Translations under genes and position numbers: made by a program
The notes under the pieces: generated by a model
The model's input: only the letters and a program-made list of their open reading frames with translations
Databases searched by the model: none
Told to the model about the DNA's origin: nothing
In this document: in pieces, positions 39,747-49,217 of the stretch
How positions within the stretch are numbered: the stretch's first letter is position 1
Layout of the letters: the number at the start of each line of letters is the position of its first letter
Source: a candidate division WOR-3 bacterium
GTDB taxonomy: Bacteria; Hydrothermota; Hydrothermia; WGAB01
Length of the DNA stretch: 64,000 nt
Direction of reading: 5' to 3'
NCBI GenBank assembly: GCA_027069855.1
Contig: JALXEF010000048.1
Coordinates: 504-64,503, forward strand

Positions 39747-40778
39747 ATGTCCGTAAAGCGCTTGGTTCTATGGGGAAGCCTTCTCTTACTTCCCGGTTCC
39801 CGGATGCTGGCCTCGGCAACTGAAGCTGGAGGGGTGTTCCTCACCATTTTCCCGGGTGCCCGCGCTGCGGGTATGGCGGCCGCCTTTTCCGCAGTCGCCG
39901 ACGACCCCACAGCCAGCTACTACAATCCCGGAGGGATGGCCTTCTTTAAGGAAACCCAGGTTTCCCTGGTACACGCCCCCTGGCTGCCTGCCCTTGCAAA
40001 GGACATGTACTACGAGTTCCTGGGGTTTGTTCATCCGCTGCAGCAGGGGGTGATCGGTGGGCACATCATTTACCTTAACCTGGGCAATGTGGATGCCTAT
40101 GACGAAAACGGCAACTACATCGGCTCCTGGCGGCCCGCCGATTACGCGTTCACCCTTTCCTACGCCTTCCAGGCCAACCCTCGCCTGGGGGTAGGGTTTT
40201 CCGGCAAACTGATCCGCAGTTTCCTGGCGCCCCCAGAGGTCTTAAAGGTGGTGCTGGGCGAACCCGGGGGCGGCAACGCCGTAACCTTCGCCCTGGGGGC
40301 CGGAGTGTACTACAAAACCGCGGTCCCGGGGCTGACCCTGGCGGCGGTGCTGGACAACCTCGGCCCCGGCCTGAAGTACACGGGGTCCGGAAAACGTGAA
40401 GACCTCCCGTATCTCCTGCGCCTCGGCGTGGCGTATCGCCCCATCTGGACCGATGTCCACAAGGTGACGGTCGCCGTGGATGTCAACAAGGTGCTCGTGA
40501 AACTGGACGATGACCTCCGGGAGAGGGGAATGTCCTATGTGCTTCGGGAGGCCTTCAAGCATGTGGGGCTGGAATACACCCTGCTGGACATGATCTCGGT
40601 CCGCGCAGGCTACTTCTACGATGTGGAAGGGGCCCGAACCGGATACACCTTCGGCCTCGGATTCCGCGCGGGCCCCCTGCAACTGGATTACGGCAACGAC
40701 TCCGACATTTACGAGTTCCAGCGGCGCGGCGATCCCCATAACCAGCGGTTCTCCCTCACCTATATCATGCGGCGGTAA
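39747..40778 (+). CDS. Outer-membrane beta-barrel protein with FadL/PorV-like N-terminal motif
   Basis: 343 aa. Signal peptide, then GARAAGMAAAFSAVADDPTASYYNPGGMAF, which resembles the conserved N-terminal strand of FadL/TodX and PorV/PorP-SprF families. Alternating amphipathic strands and a C-terminal aromatic-rich end. RBS GGAGG. Confidence 0.7.
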   Translation: MSVKRLVLWGSLLLLPGSRMLASATEAGGVFLTIFPGARAAGMAAAFSAVADDPTASYYNPGGMAFFKETQVSLVHAPWLPALAKDMYYEFLGFVHPLQQGVIGGHIIYLNLGNVDAYDENGNYIGSWRPADYAFTLSYAFQANPRLGVGFSGKLIRSFLAPPEVLKVVLGEPGGGNAVTFALGAGVYYKTAVPGLTLAAVLDNLGPGLKYTGSGKREDLPYLLRLGVAYRPIWTDVHKVTVAVDVNKVLVKLDDDLRERGMSYVLREAFKHVGLEYTLLDMISVRAGYFYDVEGARTGYTFGLGFRAGPLQLDYGNDSDIYEFQRRGDPHNQRFSLTYIMRR

Positions 40779-40803
40779 AAAATCAGGAAGCGAGCATTGA
40801 TCC

Positions 40804-41349
40804 GTGGCAACCCTGTTCCTGTGGCTGTGGCTTGCAAGCACACCGGTTCCCGATGATTGGGAGGCGGTGAACCGGGCCCTTGCAGCGGCCCTGGAACAGG
40901 TTTCCCTGGATCTTCCCGAAACCCTCCTGCTCCAACCCCAGGTGGCCGGAGAACCCCACCAGTGGGTGTTGGAACCCCTGCTGCACCGACATCTGCAGGA
41001 AACCCGGCACCGGATCCTGGCTCCGGCCCCCCGGGTCCTGGAGTTCCGCCCCCTGCAGGTCCGCATCCAGAAACACCGCATCGGCTGGTGGCACCAGCAG
41101 GTGGAACGCCGGGTGGTGCTGAAACTCTGGCTCGGGCTCCGGGATCCGGCCAGCGGCACCTACCTGTGGCAACAAACCCTCCGGGGCACCTACCGGGATA
41201 CCTTTCCCCTGGCCCTGGAACCTGAAACCCGGGTGGAGGGCCTCTCCCCCACCCTCCAGGACCGCCGGACCCTCTGGCGTGACCTTGCGGCCACCCTGGC
41301 CGTGAGCGGCCTGGTGTTTCTCTTGTACTCAGGAGGACATGGACCATGA
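40804..41349 (+). CDS. Hypothetical protein with N-terminal signal peptide and C-terminal hydrophobic segment
   Basis: About 181 aa, probably GTG-initiated. No recognisable domain. Its stop overlaps the ileS start. Confidence 0.4.
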   Translation: MATLFLWLWLASTPVPDDWEAVNRALAAALEQVSLDLPETLLLQPQVAGEPHQWVLEPLLHRHLQETRHRILAPAPRVLEFRPLQVRIQKHRIGWWHQQVERRVVLKLWLGLRDPASGTYLWQQTLRGTYRDTFPLALEPETRVEGLSPTLQDRRTLWRDLAATLAVSGLVFLLYSGGHGP

Positions 41350-44192
41350 AAGGCAAATGGCGCGATACCCTGAACCTGCCGAAAACCGAGTTTCCCATGC
41401 GGGCCAACCTTCCCAAACGGGAACCCAACCTGCTGCAGTGGTGGCAGGAGCAGAAGATCTACGAAAAAATGCTGGCCAAACACCGCCAGGATCCCCCCTT
41501 CATCCTCCACGACGGCCCGCCGTATTCCAACGGCCACCTGCACCTGGGCCATGCCGTCAACAAGGTGCTCAAGGACCTCCTGGTGAAGTACAAGGCCCTG
41601 CAGGGCCACTACACCCCCTTCGTGCCCGGCTGGGACAACCACGGCATGCCCATTGAACGCGCCGTGGTGCACCAGGACCCGGAGTTCGCCGAGATCCGCC
41701 ACGACCACGAGAAACTCCGGGATCCTCAGGTGCGGATCCGGATTCGGGAAAAATGCCGCGCCTTTGCCCAACACTGGGTGGAGATCCAGCGCAAGGAATT
41801 CGTGCGCCTGGGGGTGTTCGGCGACTGGGAGAAGCCCTACCTCACCATGTCGCCCGAGTTTGAGGGCGGCGAGATTGAGATCTTCGCCGATCTCGTGGAA
41901 CAGGGCTATGTGTACCGCGGCCGGATGCCCATCCACTGGTGCCCCTCCTGCCGCACCGCCCTGGCCATGATCGAGGTGGAATACTACGAAAAGGAATCGC
42001 CCTCCCTCTTTTTCTGGGTGCCGGTGCGCGATACCAAGGGCGTGATAGACCCCGATGTGTGGCTCGTGGTGTGGACCACCACGCCCTGGACCCTGATCGC
42101 CAACCGCGCCTTCGCCTTCCACCCGGACTACGACTATGTGGTGGCCGAGGTGGAAAGCGCCCAGGGCGAGCACCGGAAGGTGCTGCTCGCCGAACGCCTG
42201 CTGCCCGTGGTGGCCGAGATCGTGGGGTGGACCTCCTACCGGAAACTCCGCCGTATTCCGGGCCGCCAATTGGAGGGGCTCACCTTTGCCCACCCGATCT
42301 TTGAAGACCGCACCTCGCCCGCCATCCTGGCCGATTTCGTCACCCTCACCGAGGGCACCGGCGTGGTGCACATCGCGCCGGGCCACGGCAAGGAGGACTT
42401 TGAGATCGGCCGGAAGTACGGCCTGGAGGTGTTTTCACCGGTGGACGAGGCCGGCCGGTTCACCGCCGAGGCCGGTCCCGAGTTCCAGGGCCTCTTCGTG
42501 GGCAAGGAGGGCTCGGAGAAGGCCGTGGAGGTCCTGAAGCGCCACGGCCACTTCCTGCACCGCGAAACCCTCCGCCACACTTATCCCCACTGCTGGCGCT
42601 GCAAAAGCCCGCTCATCTTCCGGGCCACCACCCAGTGGTTCCTGTCGGTGGACCACCAGAACCTGCGGCACCGCGCCCTGAAGGCCATTGAGTCGGTGCG
42701 CTGGCATCCGCCGGAAACCATCAACCGGATTTACAACTCCGTCAAGGAGCGGCCCGATTGGGTGCTCTCCCGCCAGCGGGCCTGGGGCGTGAACATTCCC
42801 GTGTTTTACTGCGAGGACTGCGGCGAACCCCTGGTGGACCCCCGGGTGATGCGGCATGTGGCGCAGATCTTCAAACAGGAAACCGCCGACGCCTGGTACC
42901 GCCGCCCGGTGCAGGACCTGCTGCCCCCGGATACCCGCTGCCCCCACTGCGGCGGCACCCGGTTCCGCCGCGAGGACGACATCCTGGATGTGTGGTTTGA
43001 TTCCGGCGCCACCAACCTGATCGTGCTCCGCGAGGAGAACGGCCTCCGCTGGCCCTCCGATGTGTACCTGGAGGGCTCGGACCAGCACCGCGGCTGGTTC
43101 AATTCCTCCCTGATGCTCGCCATGGCCGAACGGGGCCAGCCGCCGTACCGCGCCGTCATCACCCACGGCTGGACCCTGGACGAGCAGGGCCGGGCCATGC
43201 ATAAGTCGCTGGGCAATGTCATCTCACCCCAGGAGGTCATTGACCGCTACGGCGCCGATGTGCTCCGCCTCTGGGTGACCTCCTCGGATTACACCGAGGA
43301 CATCCGGCTGGGGCCCGAGATCCTGGCCAGGATGGTGGACTCCTACCGCAAGATCCGCAACACCTACCGCTTCATGCTGGGCAACCTGTACGACTTTGAC
43401 CCCGCCCGGCACCGTGTGCCCTACGATCGGATGAAACCCCTGGACCGGTTCCTGCTCCACCAGTACAGCCAGCTTTTGGCCGACCTGGAGCGGTTCTACG
43501 AGAACTTTGAGTTTCACCGGGTGTTCCATCGCTACTTCAACTTCGTGGTGGTGGACCTCTCGGCCTTTTACCTGGATGTGGTCAAGGACCGGCTGTACAC
43601 CTGGGCCCCGGACACCCCCGAGCGCCGCAGCGCCCAAACCGTGATCTACGAACTGCTGCGCGGGCTGCTGGTGGCCTTTGCGCCGGTGCTGTCGTTCACC
43701 ACCGAGGAGGCCTGGCAACTCCTGCCCGGTGACCACCCCGAGAGCGTGTTCCTGGCCGACTGGCCCCGCCCCGAGGCCTCCTGGCACAACGAAACCCTGG
43801 CCCGGGAGTTCCAGCGGCTGCTGGAGGTGCGCGAGGTGGCCCTCCGGGCCCTGGAAACCGCCCGCAAGGACCAAAAACTCATCCAGGATCGCCTGGAGGC
43901 CGAACTGCTCCTCGAAACCCAGGACCCCGATCTTGCGGCCCTGCTGGACCGCTATGCCGCCGACCTGCCCGAGTTCTTCGTGGTGTCCGGCGTCCGGCGG
44001 GTGGCCGACCTGCCCGCCGAGACTCCGGTGGTAGAGGCCGGCGAGAACCTGCGCGTGGGGGTGCAGCGCAAGGCCGGCCAGAAGTGCGCCCGGTGCTGGA
44101 TGTGGCACGAGGCCGTGGGACAGCACCCCGAGTACCCCGACCTCTGCCCCAAGTGCATCCGGGCGGTGGAGAGCCTGCGCCATGAAGATTGA
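41346..44192 (+). CDS. ileS: Isoleucine--tRNA ligase
   Basis: 948 aa. HIGH-type PPYSNGHLHLGH, KMSKS-type KSLGNV, CP1 editing domain, and C-terminal zinc-binding CxxC pairs (CARCW...CPKC). Confidence 0.95.
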   Translation: MKGKWRDTLNLPKTEFPMRANLPKREPNLLQWWQEQKIYEKMLAKHRQDPPFILHDGPPYSNGHLHLGHAVNKVLKDLLVKYKALQGHYTPFVPGWDNHGMPIERAVVHQDPEFAEIRHDHEKLRDPQVRIRIREKCRAFAQHWVEIQRKEFVRLGVFGDWEKPYLTMSPEFEGGEIEIFADLVEQGYVYRGRMPIHWCPSCRTALAMIEVEYYEKESPSLFFWVPVRDTKGVIDPDVWLVVWTTTPWTLIANRAFAFHPDYDYVVAEVESAQGEHRKVLLAERLLPVVAEIVGWTSYRKLRRIPGRQLEGLTFAHPIFEDRTSPAILADFVTLTEGTGVVHIAPGHGKEDFEIGRKYGLEVFSPVDEAGRFTAEAGPEFQGLFVGKEGSEKAVEVLKRHGHFLHRETLRHTYPHCWRCKSPLIFRATTQWFLSVDHQNLRHRALKAIESVRWHPPETINRIYNSVKERPDWVLSRQRAWGVNIPVFYCEDCGEPLVDPRVMRHVAQIFKQETADAWYRRPVQDLLPPDTRCPHCGGTRFRREDDILDVWFDSGATNLIVLREENGLRWPSDVYLEGSDQHRGWFNSSLMLAMAERGQPPYRAVITHGWTLDEQGRAMHKSLGNVISPQEVIDRYGADVLRLWVTSSDYTEDIRLGPEILARMVDSYRKIRNTYRFMLGNLYDFDPARHRVPYDRMKPLDRFLLHQYSQLLADLERFYENFEFHRVFHRYFNFVVVDLSAFYLDVVKDRLYTWAPDTPERRSAQTVIYELLRGLLVAFAPVLSFTTEEAWQLLPGDHPESVFLADWPRPEASWHNETLAREFQRLLEVREVALRALETARKDQKLIQDRLEAELLLETQDPDLAALLDRYAADLPEFFVVSGVRRVADLPAETPVVEAGENLRVGVQRKAGQKCARCWMWHEAVGQHPEYPDLCPKCIRAVESLRHED

Positions 44193-44709
44193 CCTGAAGA
44201 ACCTGAAGCCCGGGGTCACCGAGTTCTGGGAACGGGTGGAGCCCGAGGAACTGGATCTGCCCGAGGACGAGTTCCGCATGGTGGGCGCCCTGGAGGCCAC
44301 CCATCGCCTGCGCAAGGGCGGCAAAACCCTGGAGCTCCGGGTGCGCACCACCTATACCCTGGAACTCACCTGCGCCCGTTGCCTGGAGAAGTTCCGGCAG
44401 CGGTTTGAAGAGGAAAACCTGTACCTGCTGCAGATCGGCAGCCCGCCGCCGGAAGAAGAGGAAAAGCCGCTGACCACCCAGGACATTCTGCTCTTTTTCG
44501 TGCCCGTGGAGGAACTGGACACCCTGCCCATCCTCCGCGAAACCGTTTTGCTTTCCATTCCCATGAAGCCCCTGTGCAAGCCCGACTGCAAGGGCCTGTG
44601 CCCGGTGTGCGGCGCCAACCTGAACCGGGAGCAATGCGGCCACCGCCCCCAGCGGGTGGACCCCCGCTGGCTCAAGCTCCTGGAACTCAAAGACAAACTG
44701 GCAGGATAA
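44182..44709 (+). CDS. DUF177 / YceD-family protein
   Basis: 175 aa. C-terminal CKPDCKGLCPVCGANLN cysteine cluster typical of YceD. Confidence 0.8.
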   Translation: MKIDLKNLKPGVTEFWERVEPEELDLPEDEFRMVGALEATHRLRKGGKTLELRVRTTYTLELTCARCLEKFRQRFEEENLYLLQIGSPPPEEEEKPLTTQDILLFFVPVEELDTLPILRETVLLSIPMKPLCKPDCKGLCPVCGANLNREQCGHRPQRVDPRWLKLLELKDKLAG

Positions 44710-44711
44710 CC

Positions 44712-45275
44712 ATGGCAAACCTGCGCGTGAAACGGGAACTGGCCGGCCCGGAGGCCGTGGACCGGCTCGTGGAGGCCACGGCCCGGTTTGTTCACCAGGT
44801 GCTGCAGAACGGCCCGGAACCCAAGCCCCTGTTCGTGGGGATCCAGCGCCGGGGCGTTCCCTATGCCCGGCGTGTGGCCCAAAGGCTCCAGCACCTGGGC
44901 CACCCCGCCCCCGAACTCCACACCATGGAGATCCGCTTTTACACCGACGACCTTCGGCTCGTGAGCGAACGTCCGGTGGTAACTCTCAACCACACCTTTC
45001 CGGTGGACCAGCGCCGGGTGTTCCTCTTCGACGATGTGCTGTTCACCGGCTGGACCGCCTTCGCCGCCCTCCAGAGCCTGTACCGGCTGGGCACTCCCGA
45101 GCGGGTGTACCTCGTCACCCTGGTGGATCGGGGGCACCGGGTGATGCCCCTGTGCGCCGACTTCGCCGCCCTCACCGTAGAAACCACGCTCCAGGAGGTG
45201 ATCCATGTCCACCTCCAGGAGGTGGACCACGAGGACCGCATCCTGCTCATGGAAAAACAGGAGGCATCGCCATGA
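44712..45275 (+). CDS. pyrR: Bifunctional pyrimidine operon regulator / uracil phosphoribosyltransferase
   Basis: Start at MANLRVK after AGGA. PRTase motif VFLFDDVLFTGWT. The ORF-track N-terminal extension (from 44574) overlaps the yceD-like gene and was rejected. Confidence 0.85.
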   Translation: MANLRVKRELAGPEAVDRLVEATARFVHQVLQNGPEPKPLFVGIQRRGVPYARRVAQRLQHLGHPAPELHTMEIRFYTDDLRLVSERPVVTLNHTFPVDQRRVFLFDDVLFTGWTAFAALQSLYRLGTPERVYLVTLVDRGHRVMPLCADFAALTVETTLQEVIHVHLQEVDHEDRILLMEKQEASP

Positions 45276-45676
45276 TCCAGACCCTGGAACTCTCGGTGCG
45301 CACCCAGCGCCGCAATGAACTCGTGGACATCACGGCCGCCGTTCAGGAGGCCGTGCAAAAAAGCGGCGTGCGCGAGGGCTTCGTGATCCTCTATGTGCCC
45401 CATACCACGGCCGCCGTTACCGTGAACGAAAACGCCGATCCCTCGGTGCGGGTGGACATTGAGGAAACCCTGAGCCGCCTGGTGCCCGCAGGGCCCCATT
45501 ACCACCACCTGGAGGGCAACGCCGACAGCCATGTCAAGGCCACCCTGGTGGGGCCCTCCGAAACCCTCCTGATCCGCAACGGATCCGTGGTCCTGGGCAC
45601 CTGGCAGGGCATCTTCTTTTGCGAGTTTGACGGACCCCGGCACCGCCGGGTGTACCTGCAGATCCACGGAGAGTAG
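45272..45676 (+). CDS. YjbQ / UPF0047-family protein (secondary thiamine-phosphate synthase-like)
   Basis: 134 aa. ATGA-coupled to pyrR with AGGAGG upstream. Conserved HTTAAVTVNENADP and HLEGNADSH motifs. Confidence 0.8.
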   Translation: MIQTLELSVRTQRRNELVDITAAVQEAVQKSGVREGFVILYVPHTTAAVTVNENADPSVRVDIEETLSRLVPAGPHYHHLEGNADSHVKATLVGPSETLLIRNGSVVLGTWQGIFFCEFDGPRHRRVYLQIHGE

Positions 45677-45679
45677 TCC

Positions 45680-46930
45680 ATGGACTTTCACATCCAGAAC
45701 CCGGCCCTCCACGAGGAGGGCAAACGAAGGATTGAGTGGGCCGGAGCCCATATGCCCGTGCTCCGGCAGATTCGGGAAGAGTACGAGAAGAGCCGCCCCC
45801 TGGAGGGCGTGCGCATCGGTGCCTGCCTGCATGTCACCAGCGAAACCGCCAACCTCATGATCACCCTGAAGGCCGCCGGCGCCGAGGTGCGGCTCTCAGC
45901 CTCCAACCCCCTGTCCACCCAGGACGATGTGGCCGCCGCCCTGGTGCAGGACTACGGCATCCCGGTGTTTGCCGTCCACGGCGAGGACCGCGACACCTAT
46001 TACCGCCACATTGAAGAGGTGCTGGCCTTTGACCCCCAGATCACCCTGGACGACGGCGGCGATCTCACGGCCTACGCCCACAAAACCGGCCGCACCCAGG
46101 GCATCGTGGGCGGCACCGAGGAAACCACCACCGGCGTCATCCGGTTCCGCGCCATGGAGCGCGACGGCGCCCTGCGGTACCCCATCATCGCGGTTAACGA
46201 CTCCCGCACCAAGTACCTGTTTGACAACCGCTACGGCACCGGCCAGTCCACGATTGACGGCATCCTGCGGGCCACCAACCTGCTCATCGCGGGTTCCGTG
46301 TTTGTGGTGGCGGGCTACGGCTGGTGCGGCCGCGGCATCGCCCTGCGGGCCCGGGGCATGGGCGCGCGGGTGATCGTGACCGAGGTGGACCCCATTCGGG
46401 CGGTGGAGGCCGTGATGGACGGCTTTGAGGTGATGCCCATGCGCGACGCCGCAACCCGGGGCGATTTCTTCGTGACCGCCACCGGCGACATCCATGTGAT
46501 CGGCCGGGAGGCCCTGGAACGCATGAAGGACGGCGCCGTGCTTGCCAACGCCGGCCACTTTGATGTGGAAATCGACCTGGAGGCGCTGCGCGAACTCAGC
46601 CGGGAGGTGCGGGAAATCCGGCCCAACCTGGAGGAGTACCGCCTGAAGGATGGCCGCCGGCTCTACCTCATCGGCCAGGGCCGCCTGGTAAATCTGGTGG
46701 CGGCCGAGGGCCATCCGCCCACCGTGATGGACCTCTCCTTCGCCAACCAGGCCCGGGCCGCCGTGTACCTGTGGGAACACCGGGGCCGGCTGGAACCCCG
46801 GGTGTATACCCTGCCCGCCGAGATCGACGAGGAGATCGCCCGCCGCAAACTCCAGGCCCTGGGCATCCAGATCGACACCCTTACCGAGGAACAGCGCCGT
46901 TACCTGAGCACCTGGGAAGAGGGCACCTGA
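45680..46930 (+). CDS. ahcY: Adenosylhomocysteinase
   Basis: 416 aa. NAD-binding [15 protein letters not shown], and the substrate-binding N-terminal domain. Confidence 0.95.
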   Translation: MDFHIQNPALHEEGKRRIEWAGAHMPVLRQIREEYEKSRPLEGVRIGACLHVTSETANLMITLKAAGAEVRLSASNPLSTQDDVAAALVQDYGIPVFAVHGEDRDTYYRHIEEVLAFDPQITLDDGGDLTAYAHKTGRTQGIVGGTEETTTGVIRFRAMERDGALRYPIIAVNDSRTKYLFDNRYGTGQSTIDGILRATNLLIAGSVFVVAGYGWCGRGIALRARGMGARVIVTEVDPIRAVEAVMDGFEVMPMRDAATRGDFFVTATGDIHVIGREALERMKDGAVLANAGHFDVEIDLEALRELSREVREIRPNLEEYRLKDGRRLYLIGQGRLVNLVAAEGHPPTVMDLSFANQARAAVYLWEHRGRLEPRVYTLPAEIDEEIARRKLQALGIQIDTLTEEQRRYLSTWEEGT

Positions 46931-46944
46931 GGCCGGCCCGGCAA

Positions 46945-46990
46945 ACCGAACCCCGCTCAACCGCTTCATTGAAGGGCCCTGGGGTTCGGT
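46945..46990. repeat. Perfect 10-bp inverted repeat (ACCGAACCCC ... GGGGTTCGGT) with 26-nt spacer in the ahcY-gcdH intergenic region
   Basis: Read directly from the sequence. It could form a long stem-loop on either strand, and the 3' arm abuts the gcdH RBS region. Confidence 0.3.
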
Positions 46991-47004
46991 GTACATTAAA
47001 CGCC

Positions 47005-48171
47005 ATGAGTATCCGCACGGACTACTACCACCTTTGGGACCTCCTCTCGGAGGAGGAACGGTTGATCCAGCAAATGGTCCACGAGTTCGTGGACCAGCAG
47101 GTACTCCCGATCATCGGCGACTACTTCATGAAGGGCGAATTCCCCACCGAACTCATCCAGCCCATGGCCGAACTGGGCTTCTTCGGCGCCACCCTGCCCC
47201 CGGAATACGGCGGCCAGGGCATTTCCTATACCGCTTACGGCCTCATCATGCAGGAGCTGGAGCGCGGCGACTCGGGCGTGCGCAGCTTCGTGTCGGTGCA
47301 GAGCTCGCTCGCCATGAACTCCATCTTCCGGTTCGGCTCCGAGGAACAGAAGAAAAAGTACCTGCCCAAGATGGCCCGGGGCGAGCTCATCGGCTGCTTC
47401 GGCCTTACGGAGCCCGACGCCGGTTCGGATCCCGGCGCCATGAAAACCCGGGCCATTCCCGACGGCGACTCCTGGATCCTGAAGGGCACCAAACTCTGGA
47501 TTACCAACGGCGATCTGGCCGATCTCGCCATCGTGTGGGCCCGCGACCACGAGGGCAAGGTTCGGGGGTTCATTGTAGAAAAGGGCACGCCCGGCTTCTC
47601 GGCCAACCCGGTGAAGGGCAAACTCTCGCTGAGGGCGTCGGACACGGCCGAACTGGTGCTGGAGGAGGCCCGGGTGCCCAAGGAAAACATGTTGCCGGGC
47701 GCCTACAAACTGGCCCACGCCCTGACGCCGCTCACCCAGGCCCGCTACAGCATCGCCTGGGGCGCCGTGGGCGCCGCCATGGCCTGCTACGAGGAGGCCC
47801 TGGACTACGCCAAGGAACGCATCGCCTTCGGCAAGCCCATCGCCGCCTTTCAATTGACCCAGCAGCGCCTCGTGGACATGCTCACCGGCCTTACCAACGC
47901 CCAGCTCCTGGCCTATCACCTGGGCCGGCTGGCCGACGCGGGCAAGATGCGCCACACCCATGTGTCCTTCGCCAAGCGCTACAATGTGCGCACCGCCTTG
48001 GAAATCGCCCGGGAGGCCCGGAACATCCTGGGCGCCAACGGCATCACCATTGAGTACCAGAGCATGCGCCACGCGGCCAACCTGGAAAGCGTGGATACCT
48101 ACGAGGGTACCTATCAGATCCACACCCTCATCGTGGGCAAGGACATCACCGGGCTTGAGGCCTACGCCTGA
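47005..48171 (+). CDS. gcdH: Glutaryl-CoA dehydrogenase (acyl-CoA dehydrogenase family)
   Basis: Start at MSIRTDYYHLWDLLSEEE. Extended collinear similarity to glutaryl-CoA dehydrogenases (ELERGDSGVRSFVSVQSSLAMNSIFRFGSEEQKKKYLPKMARGELIGCFGLTEPDAGSDP ... YEGTYQIHTLIVG). The ORF-track extension from 46771 was rejected. Confidence 0.85.
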   Translation: MSIRTDYYHLWDLLSEEERLIQQMVHEFVDQQVLPIIGDYFMKGEFPTELIQPMAELGFFGATLPPEYGGQGISYTAYGLIMQELERGDSGVRSFVSVQSSLAMNSIFRFGSEEQKKKYLPKMARGELIGCFGLTEPDAGSDPGAMKTRAIPDGDSWILKGTKLWITNGDLADLAIVWARDHEGKVRGFIVEKGTPGFSANPVKGKLSLRASDTAELVLEEARVPKENMLPGAYKLAHALTPLTQARYSIAWGAVGAAMACYEEALDYAKERIAFGKPIAAFQLTQQRLVDMLTGLTNAQLLAYHLGRLADAGKMRHTHVSFAKRYNVRTALEIAREARNILGANGITIEYQSMRHAANLESVDTYEGTYQIHTLIVGKDITGLEAYA

Positions 48172-49217
48172 TGGAGCACCTGCAACTCCTGGACGCCCTC
48201 CGCACCGGGAAAAAGGTGCCGGAGGGTCCGGTTTTCGTGTTCGTGGGCCCGGAACGATACCTCATGCGTGTGGCCGAGGAACGGCTCGTGGCCTACCTGG
48301 GCCTTTCCGGCCGCCGCGTGCTCTGGGCCGATGAAACCGAGGAGGCGACCCTCCTCCAGGAGTTGACCTCCCCTTCGCTTTTCGGAGGGGCACCGCTGTT
48401 TGTCCTGAAGCGGGCGGAAGCCCTGAAAAGCCTGGACACCCTGCTGGCCTCTCCCCACCTGCCGCCGGTGGTCCTGGAGGTGCACGACGACCTCAAGGCC
48501 TACCGGCAGTGGCTCCGGGGCCGCGGCCTCAAACGGGTGCAGCCCCAAGCCCTGGCGCGCGCCCTGGACAAAAAGTACAAGGGCAAGCTCACCGCCGTGG
48601 CCTTTCCGGAACTCGGCCGCGGATCCCAGCGGGAACGCGAAGCCCGGGCGTTCCACCACTGGATCCAGAGCGAATTGAAACGCCTGGGCGCTCCCGCCCG
48701 CCTTGAGATCCTGCGATTCCTCTCGGCCTATCTTCCCCGCGACCTCACCGCCGCCTCCCAGGAACTCCAGAAGGTGGCCCTGTACCTGGCGGCCCAGCCC
48801 CAGGCCACCACCGCAGAGGTCCAGCGGCTCCTCGGCACCCGCAGCACCTTCAATGTGTTCAACCTCACCGGCGCTCTGATCTCGGGCGACATCAAACGCT
48901 TCATCGCCGAGTTCCGGGAACTCCAGAAAACCGGTGAAAGCCCCCAGGGTATCCTCTCCCTGCTGGAGCACACCCTCCTGGACCTCATCCTGGTAAAGGC
49001 CGGCCTGCCCGTGGACCGGCCGAAGTTCGTGCTGGAACGCTACCGCTCCTTCACCCGAGTTTTAACCCTCGGCGACCTGTTTCGCCTGCTGCAGCGGGTT
49101 CGGGATACCGAAATCCGCCTGCGCTCGCGTTCGGTCAACGCCCCGGTGGCAGTGGAAACCCTGTTCTTTGACCTCCTATGGTGGCGTACAGCCTCCTCCT
49201 CGCCCTCCTCACGGTAG
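48171..49217 (+). CDS. holA: DNA polymerase III delta subunit-like protein
   Basis: 348 aa. Its position and AAA+-lid-like helical architecture fit HolA. The 3' end overlaps the next ORF by about 40 nt, so one of the two boundaries is uncertain. Confidence 0.65.
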   Translation: MEHLQLLDALRTGKKVPEGPVFVFVGPERYLMRVAEERLVAYLGLSGRRVLWADETEEATLLQELTSPSLFGGAPLFVLKRAEALKSLDTLLASPHLPPVVLEVHDDLKAYRQWLRGRGLKRVQPQALARALDKKYKGKLTAVAFPELGRGSQREREARAFHHWIQSELKRLGAPARLEILRFLSAYLPRDLTAASQELQKVALYLAAQPQATTAEVQRLLGTRSTFNVFNLTGALISGDIKRFIAEFRELQKTGESPQGILSLLEHTLLDLILVKAGLPVDRPKFVLERYRSFTRVLTLGDLFRLLQRVRDTEIRLRSRSVNAPVAVETLFFDLLWWRTASSSPSSR

